A stretch of DNA of 64,000 bases from Pseudomonadota bacterium (GTDB taxonomy: Bacteria > Pseudomonadota > Alphaproteobacteria > Rhizobiales > MH13): the NCBI GenBank assembly GCA_039024915.1, contig JBCCPK010000008.1, positions 57,587-121,586 of the forward strand. The letters are read 5' to 3'. This document shows, piece after piece, positions 57,804 to 64,000 of this stretch. Positions within the stretch are counted from its first letter, which is position 1; each line of letters starts with the position of its first letter. The notes beneath the pieces were generated by a model, which had not been told where the DNA came from, ran no database searches, and was given only the letters and a program-made list of their open reading frames with translations. A program made the translations under genes and the position numbers.

Positions 57804-58814
57804 TTAAAGGCCAAGTTGCTCCAGCATCAATTTCGCGATCCTATCGTGGATCTCAGCGCGGTCCGATCCATCCGGGTCCGTGCAGACCGGATCGTCGTCC
57901 TCCACCGCCAGGATAGCTTCGGCAGCAGCGGTACATATCGGCATCGCGCTGAAGTGGTAGGCGGGCTCGAACTGCTCGATCCGCGCATCCTCCAGGAAAC
58001 CAGATAAGCCGCTCAAGCCAAAGTCAGTAGCCAGCATCCGATCACCCTCACCGCCGAAGCCGATCAGGAGCACTGAGGGCACGAGACCTGCAACATCTGA
58101 TGGCTCGAGCCCCCAGACAAAGCCCGGATCAATGGCGGTAACGTGCGTGACCCGGGCATCGACGTAGCTTGCATTCCACAAGGACGGATCGATGGCTTGC
58201 ATGGCGACGCCCTCGGACAAAAGCAGGCCGCAGGCTTCCATTTTCGGCAAAGCCCGACAGGCCTCGACGAACCCAGCATGATTGCCTCGTGCGCCACCAA
58301 GGGAAAGTGCTGTCCACCCACCGAAGGAAAAGCCAGCCGCCATGACCCGCGACATGTCGAGCCCGCCCGCGAAGCGTGGATGCTCGACAATCGCATCAAG
58401 GGCCGCACTCATATCTTGAGCGCGCGTCCAGTGCGCCACCCCTTCCGACATGTCGAAATCGCCCCAGGTCGAATTGGGGTGGTTGACCAAAACGGTAATG
58501 ACGCCGCCTTCCGCTAGTGAGGCACCCAACCAAGCCTGCGAGCGATCCGTTCCACCCATGCCATGGCTGAACAGAACGATCGGATGTTTCCCGGCCGTTA
58601 AAGGAGCATCGAAGTAGGCAGGGAGGCCTTCGAACACGGGATTGCTCGCGTACATGGATGGCTGCTCGGTCGGCGCACTTGGATACCAGATCGCGACGCG
58701 CGCAGCGTCTTCGTGGTGAGGCAAGTACACTTCGGTGATGTGTAAGCCTGGTTCATTGGCTTGGGCGCTCAAAGCGCAAACGGTTAGCGCAGCTGCGGCG
58801 AGGATCAGTCTCAT
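57804..58814 (-). CDS. Secreted alpha/beta hydrolase (dienelactone hydrolase-like)
   Basis: Signal peptide, FSHGMGG, GFSFGG nucleophile elbow, AYHFS. Confidence 0.85.
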   Translation of the reverse strand: MRLILAAAALTVCALSAQANEPGLHITEVYLPHHEDAARVAIWYPSAPTEQPSMYASNPVFEGLPAYFDAPLTAGKHPIVLFSHGMGGTDRSQAWLGASLAEGGVITVLVNHPNSTWGDFDMSEGVAHWTRAQDMSAALDAIVEHPRFAGGLDMSRVMAAGFSFGGWTALSLGGARGNHAGFVEACRALPKMEACGLLLSEGVAMQAIDPSLWNASYVDARVTHVTAIDPGFVWGLEPSDVAGLVPSVLLIGFGGEGDRMLATDFGLSGLSGFLEDARIEQFEPAYHFSAMPICTAAAEAILAVEDDDPVCTDPDGSDRAEIHDRIAKLMLEQLGL

Positions 58815-58950
58815 CGTGCTCTCCCATGAGAAAGGGGCTTGAGCCTGTTTCAACACCAACAAGGAGGCCACCGGCGTCCTAGATCCGGTTTTAGGTCGCC
58901 ACGATCCGGATCTGGGACTATTCCCTGCCGCACCCTAGTCACGGAAAACG

Positions 58951-59937
58951 ATGCCGACCTTTCCAATACCGATTTTCGTCGCCCTGGTGCTGGCCTTCGC
59001 AAGCCTGCGTCTATGGCAGCAGCGGGGACGGGCAGATGCCATGGTGCTGCTGCTGATCCTGTGTGCCGCGCAGTCGCTTATCATCGCGCTGAACCAACAC
59101 TACGGCTTTCCGGGTTTGAGTTTGGTGCAGCCCATCACAGCATCGTTGGTCCCGGCGGCGGCGTGGATCGCGTATCGCGATACGAACTGGCGAACGGGCA
59201 CCCCGCAAGTGCTCGGTCCGATAGCCGTTCTAGCGGCGCTCTTCATCCTGCCGCACGCCATCGATCTGCTTCTGCCCGGGCTGTTTGTGTTTTATGGAGT
59301 CCTCATCCTGCACTCCGCGAAAGCCGGGGCGGATACTCAGCCGAATGCGCTTTTGGCCAGCGGTGATCTGACCGCGCGTATCTGGCGCGCGATCGGCGCG
59401 CTTTTGATCGCGTCCGCCTTCAGTGACGTCTTGATCATCGCGACACAGTTTGCCGGGTACGGCGAGCTCAAGCCGTGGATCATAAGTGTCTTCTCAGTCG
59501 GCAACTTGCTCATCATCGGCTTGTTGAGCCTTTCATATCATCTGCAGACGATCGCTGATGATGGCCCTGCACCGCAGCATGCGCGGCAAGTCGCTGACCC
59601 CGACCTTTGGGATCGCATCCAGACCTACATGAGGGAGCGCAAACCCTATCTCGACGCCGATCTCACACTGACCCGGCTTTCACGGCAGATCGGCATACCC
59701 GCCAAATCGCTATCAGCGACGATCAATCGCGCAACCGGCGGCAATGTCTCCAAATATATCAATCAGGCGCGAGTAAGCGAAGCGCAGCGGGCCATGCTGA
59801 GCGGGGATTCCATAACAACGGCGATGTTGGCGTCTGGCTTCAACACTAAATCAAATTTCAACCGCGAGTTCCTGCGGGTAACGGGTGTCAGCCCGAGCGC
59901 ATGGCTCAACGAGGCGCAGAGATCGCATTCTATTTGA
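58951..59937 (+). CDS. Membrane-anchored AraC-family regulator
   Basis: Multiple N-terminal TM helices; YLDADLTL..LSATIN, SGFNTKSNFNREF; divergent from the hydrolase. Confidence 0.9.
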   Translation: MPTFPIPIFVALVLAFASLRLWQQRGRADAMVLLLILCAAQSLIIALNQHYGFPGLSLVQPITASLVPAAAWIAYRDTNWRTGTPQVLGPIAVLAALFILPHAIDLLLPGLFVFYGVLILHSAKAGADTQPNALLASGDLTARIWRAIGALLIASAFSDVLIIATQFAGYGELKPWIISVFSVGNLLIIGLLSLSYHLQTIADDGPAPQHARQVADPDLWDRIQTYMRERKPYLDADLTLTRLSRQIGIPAKSLSATINRATGGNVSKYINQARVSEAQRAMLSGDSITTAMLASGFNTKSNFNREFLRVTGVSPSAWLNEAQRSHSI

Positions 59938-60654
59938 GCAACCGGTCTCGATAGCCTTGGAAACGAGGGTCTGGCGCCAACTGGGTCCCTTGAAGAGCAT
60001 TGTGCTCACGTGAGAAAGGCGAGCGCCACCTCCGACACGGAACTGCGTTTTCAGGCTGCGGCAGGTGGCCTGCACCAGCGATCGTTGCGTTTGGTCTAGC
60101 TTCCAAGTGGTCATTTGATCATCTGTTGAAGCCGAGAAACCTGTCACAAAGACCCAATACCCAAGCCACGGCCATTCATTATCTGGTGTTGGGTGGCGGG
60201 TTGGCTTGGGCTGAAATCAGCAGCGCACGGATTCTGGGTACGGATTGCCGTTCCGGCTGCACCAATGCTGTTATTGGCTGCTGCCTGCGAGTTCGCCTAC
60301 GCGGATGGTGATATCGGCCTGTTCTGAAACAGGGCCGACGCAGACATGACGGCCACTCCGGCGCAGTTCTTCACCTGTTTGGATGTCTCGCCTTTGTCTG
60401 TCTGTTGGTCAGGCGGGTCCAGTGTTTACGTCGCAAGCCGGTTACATCGTGACCGTATCAGACGTTCTGTTCGGCCCGTCTTCTATCGGGAGACCTAACA
60501 GATCACCATTTGGCTGGCCCTCATCGTACTGATCGCGGGCTTGGCCTTCGTGCGGTTGAGCGCTGGGCTCAGCGGCCAAAATGATCCAACTGGGCGAGGC
60601 CGTTGACACACGATGTGGCTATAGTCCGGAAAACGTTCCAGCACTGTCTTCGCT

Positions 60655-61551
60655 TCACGTCTGGCCCCTGAATTGCTCCTGTAGCCAGCGTTGAACAGCT
60701 TCCACCGCCTGTGTTGTCGGGATGCCCGTTGGTCGAACGAACCAGTACGCGTAACTGGCATCCAGGGAAACGTTGAAGGGCGCAATCAGTCGCCCGGCGG
60801 CGATGTCGTCCTGCACGAGCTTCGACCGCCCAAGTGCGACCCCCTGGCTTTCCACGGCCGCCTGAAGGATCGCGGCATCGTCTCCTAATCGCGGGCCGGG
60901 TGGCGGCGGTTCTTCACACCGTGCCGCACGGAACCAAGCCTGCCAATCCTCTGGGATGTCGCCACACAGTAGCGTCGCGCGATAGAGATCGCTTGGTGCG
61001 TTCAAATGCAACGTGCGCCGATAATCCGGAGAGCAAACGGGCGTGACCGTTTCGGCCCCCAGCTTCACCGCTTCCAGTTGGCCGGATGGGGAAGGGCTGT
61101 AGCGAATGGCGGCATCCACCCCCTCGGCGGCAAAATCCACCAGATGCCGGGAGGCAGCGATGCGCAAGTCGATCCCAGGATTGCTTTGCAAAAACGCACC
61201 AAGTCGTGGCGCGAACCATCGCGCTGCCACTGAGGGCAGCATGGACAGGGTGACGACTTGCTCAGAACGGCGCGCGTCGGCCACAGCGGACCAGGTTCGA
61301 GACAAGACATCGGACAATTGACCCGCCAAACGCGCTCCCGCTGGAGTTACGGTCAGCCGCGCGCCATTCCGGGTGAACAGAGAAACGCCAAGGGTGGCCT
61401 CAAGATCGGACACTTGCCGCGAAACACCACTTTGCGTGATGCCAAGTTCTGAACCAGCGGCCGTGAAACTGCCCAAGCGCGCAGCAGCTTCAAAGACCTG
61501 CAAGGATCGCAAGGGCGGTTTGGCATGAGTCAGATGCATGCTGGCACTCAA
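60655..61551 (-). CDS. LysR-family regulator (GcvA-like)
   Basis: PPLRSLQVFEAAARLGSFTAAG..TQSGVSRQV, LPSVAARWFAPRL, GVDAAIRY. Confidence 0.94.
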   Translation of the reverse strand: MSASMHLTHAKPPLRSLQVFEAAARLGSFTAAGSELGITQSGVSRQVSDLEATLGVSLFTRNGARLTVTPAGARLAGQLSDVLSRTWSAVADARRSEQVVTLSMLPSVAARWFAPRLGAFLQSNPGIDLRIAASRHLVDFAAEGVDAAIRYSPSPSGQLEAVKLGAETVTPVCSPDYRRTLHLNAPSDLYRATLLCGDIPEDWQAWFRAARCEEPPPPGPRLGDDAAILQAAVESQGVALGRSKLVQDDIAAGRLIAPFNVSLDASYAYWFVRPTGIPTTQAVEAVQRWLQEQFRGQT

Positions 61552-61604
61552 CTTTTCTCATTATGGCTTGGCTTCCTATCAGAGTAGCATGATTTGAACT
61601 CAAG

Positions 61605-62834
61605 ATGTGGAAGGCAACGCATTTGACCGATACCTCGTCGATAGGCGCAATGGCTGTTCGCCCGAAACGGCTCATACCGGATCTGCCACTGGTGGTCTGG
61701 ATGGTGCTTCTTACGCTAGCGCTTGGCCTGGGTGGCGGCTTAGGCGCCAATGATGTTGTCGCAGGCTTCAACACCGGCTTCGGGCGTGCACTCGGTGAGT
61801 TCGCACTGATCCTTCTGCCATCCTTCACCTTGGCGGCTGCGCTCACAAAAAGAAACGTTGGGTCTGTTGCCGCAGGGCGGACGGCTGCAATCGTTTCGCC
61901 GGTTGCAGGTGCTGGAATGATCTGTCCTGATACGGCCTATGCCGCCTTGGCTCCGGCGGCAGGTCGAAAGAAGCTGGACGTCGCGTTCGGGTCCTATGCT
62001 GGGTTCAAGCTCCTTTATCCTGCGGGGCCGCTGATTGTTGCCTTGGGTCTCGGCGTGCCCGGCGCGGTCGGTAGCGAACCGATCCTGCTGTTTGTCTATG
62101 GCTTGCTGCTCGCGCTTCCGGTCTGGATCATGGGCGTCATTTGGGGACGCGTGACGTTTAGGCTTCCAGATGCAGAGCCTGGTGAACGGGCGCTGCCAAG
62201 CGACCAAAACCTTCTCATCACCTTCGCTCCGTTCGTATTGATGTCGGTGCTGCTGCTTGCGGGCGGGGTCATCGACAGCACGGGATCGGGTCTGGTCGAC
62301 TTCCTTCTTTTGCCGAAGGGCGCGCTGATGTGTGCTGCGGTTCTAGCATTGCTGCAGATGCCCCCAGGCATACGGCGCGATTGTCTCGATAGCGCCGTCC
62401 GGCGGACCGCATCGTTGTTGTTGGTTATCGGTGCAGCCAGCGCATTCGGCGCAATCCTCACAGGGATGGTGCCGCTCGACAGGCTGGTACCGACTGGGAG
62501 TGGCATGCTGACACTGGTCGCGCTCTTTACGTTATCGGTCTTATTCAAGCTGGCTCAGGGCTCGTCCATGGCCACCTTCGCTGCGGTTGCTCCCGTTGCC
62601 GGTCCGATCGTGGTCGCCAGTGGCATGAGCAGTACCGCCGCCGTCTTCGCGATATGTCTTGGATCGTTTATCGCAATCCTTCCCAATGACAGTTTCTATT
62701 GGCTCGTTCGCCGTGACGCGCTGGCGACGGAAGACAATGAATGGCGCGCGATCTTCATCCTGACAGGTGGCGCGGTTCTGCAGGCTGTCGTCGGCATGGC
62801 AGTGCTGCTCTTGGCCGTCGCGCTGTGGGCATGA
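61605..62834 (+). CDS. GntP-like permease (possibly ArsQ-like)
   Basis: About 11-12 TM; FKLAQGSSMAT, LPNDSFYWLV resembles the GntP signature (NDSgFW). Confidence 0.75.
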   Translation: MWKATHLTDTSSIGAMAVRPKRLIPDLPLVVWMVLLTLALGLGGGLGANDVVAGFNTGFGRALGEFALILLPSFTLAAALTKRNVGSVAAGRTAAIVSPVAGAGMICPDTAYAALAPAAGRKKLDVAFGSYAGFKLLYPAGPLIVALGLGVPGAVGSEPILLFVYGLLLALPVWIMGVIWGRVTFRLPDAEPGERALPSDQNLLITFAPFVLMSVLLLAGGVIDSTGSGLVDFLLLPKGALMCAAVLALLQMPPGIRRDCLDSAVRRTASLLLVIGAASAFGAILTGMVPLDRLVPTGSGMLTLVALFTLSVLFKLAQGSSMATFAAVAPVAGPIVVASGMSSTAAVFAICLGSFIAILPNDSFYWLVRRDALATEDNEWRAIFILTGGAVLQAVVGMAVLLLAVALWA

Positions 62835-63346
62835 CGGCGCTCACGATCCGGGCGCCCTTCGAAAGCGATGCTGCTGCCATCGCGACGATCGATGCTCAGG
62901 GTCTCGCAACCGGGCATGCGTCCTTTCGCGAAACCCCGCATGACTGGGAGAGCTTTGTGGCCAGCTTTATGGTTGGGCGCGGATTGGCTCTGGTCGCGCA
63001 AAATGGCGATGACATCGCCGGGTGGTGCGGCGTCGCCCCGACTAGCGTTCGTGCGGTCTACCAAGGCGTCGGAGAGATCTCCGTGTACGTTGCGCCCGCC
63101 AGACAAAGGCAGGGCATCGCACGACACCTTATGGCAAAGATGATCGTCGCTTCAGAGCGGGCGGGTTACTGGACGCTGGTGGCCCAGATTTTCCCGGAGA
63201 ACAGAGCCAGTTTGCTGCTCCACAAAGGCTTGGGCTTTCAAGTCGTCGGCACTAGGCGCAAGCTTGGACAAATGGGCTATGGTCTGCTTGCGGGCCGCTG
63301 GCGTGACGTCACGATGTTGGAGCGGCGCAGTCCGCTGATCGGCTGA
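62831..63346 (+). CDS. Phosphinothricin-acetyltransferase-like GNAT
   Basis: RAVYQGVGEISVYV, QRQGIA, IFPENRASLLLH..GF, RWRDVTMLERRS; ATGA overlap with the permease. Confidence 0.88.
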   Translation: MTALTIRAPFESDAAAIATIDAQGLATGHASFRETPHDWESFVASFMVGRGLALVAQNGDDIAGWCGVAPTSVRAVYQGVGEISVYVAPARQRQGIARHLMAKMIVASERAGYWTLVAQIFPENRASLLLHKGLGFQVVGTRRKLGQMGYGLLAGRWRDVTMLERRSPLIG

Positions 63347-63436
63347 GAGGCTCCTTCAGGGCACCGAAAGCTCTGTGCAGGTTGGCGCACGCCCTCCAGA
63401 TAGAAGCGGGAAGCCCGCGAATACGGCCAAACCCCA

Positions 63437-63793
63437 TCAAATGCGCGGTTTTGGCGCAGCCTCGCGATCAGCGTCACCGGAATTGGGCTCCCCTTTTGGC
63501 TCGATCAGCAGCACTTTCACTTCATTTTCTGCTCGCGGCCGATGGACAACGCCCTTGGGTACAACGAACAGCTCACCGGCTTTGACGGTGTGAGAGGGCT
63601 GTCCTTCAATATCCATCTGCATCTCGCCTTCCAAGACATAGAAAAAGTCGTCGGTGGTGTCGTGCTTATGGAATGGAAACTCTCCTATGAACTTCACCAC
63701 CATCACATCGTTCTCATTGTAGTCAGCCACGACATGCGGATCCCAATGCGTCGAGAACTGTCCCAGCTTCTCCGCAAGGCTTACTGATTTCAT
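63437..63793 (-). CDS. Cupin domain protein
   Basis: FPFHKHDTTDDFFYVLEG, FVVPKGVVHRP. Confidence 0.92.
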   Translation of the reverse strand: MKSVSLAEKLGQFSTHWDPHVVADYNENDVMVVKFIGEFPFHKHDTTDDFFYVLEGEMQMDIEGQPSHTVKAGELFVVPKGVVHRPRAENEVKVLLIEPKGEPNSGDADREAAPKPRI

Positions 63794-64000
63794 GGGTGAC
63801 TTCCTTCTAGATCGTATTGCGGGAGGGTTCTCGACATGAAACCGGCATGCCCGTTCCCGGCTGATCGATGATCCGGTGACAGCAAAAGGCAGAAGATGGC
63901 GTCAGAAGACGTTGCTTGAGGTGCAAACCGCTTCCGAAGGCGAGCCGCCAACGATCAACCGTCACCGCGAACATGATCAGAACTGAAAAATTCGATTAGA

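Noticed and set aside
59938-60654. 700-bp gap between the AraC and LysR genes as a hidden gene or sRNA
   Set aside because: No convincing ORF, repeat or conserved structure recognised.
1-64000. IS elements, prophage, integrase, rRNA or tRNA
   Set aside because: No transposase, integrase or phage-like ORFs and no structural RNA signatures were recognised.

Overview
A GC-rich alphaproteobacterial chromosomal window (Rhizobiales/Rhodobacterales-like; bchE/bchJ plus PpsR-type operators imply a bacteriochlorophyll-producing host). No rRNA, tRNA, CRISPR array or intact mobile element was recognised. In order: (1) ten related 24-nt hairpin units in both orientations directly upstream of error-prone polymerase dnaE2, crossed by a short ORF that has its own SD and overlaps the dnaE2 start; (2) an Asp-less HAD-like protein, BON-MscS, and a TetR-RND efflux module; (3) an uncharacterised GntR-regulated sugar/lactone catabolic cluster (MBL lactonase, HAD-IIA, two class II aldolases, FGGY kinase, ABC importer, Tm-1-like protein) with two TGTATACA boxes; (4) dacB and phaC-fabI-maoC/pta; (5) a B12-centred tetrapyrrole island (AerR/PpaA-like, hemN, bchJ, bchE, BtuF-like) with a nested PpsR-FNR-PpsR operator, then a NirA-like reductase and diflavin flavoprotein; (6) an AraC-DUF1330-NmrA-DUF1772 module with a duplicated 39-bp promoter element; (7) a CoA-transferase-GNAT fusion, a cNMP-MBL fusion and a K-channel-like protein with an altered filter; (8) a ferric reductase-RR-HK-PepSY-multicopper oxidase operon with cop-box-like sites; (9) a SoxR neighbourhood with frameshifted phzF, MFS and a GST remnant; (10) regulator/target pairs ending in a LysR-GntP-like permease-Pat-like GNAT module. 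All functional calls come from recalled motifs and gene context; no database searches were run.
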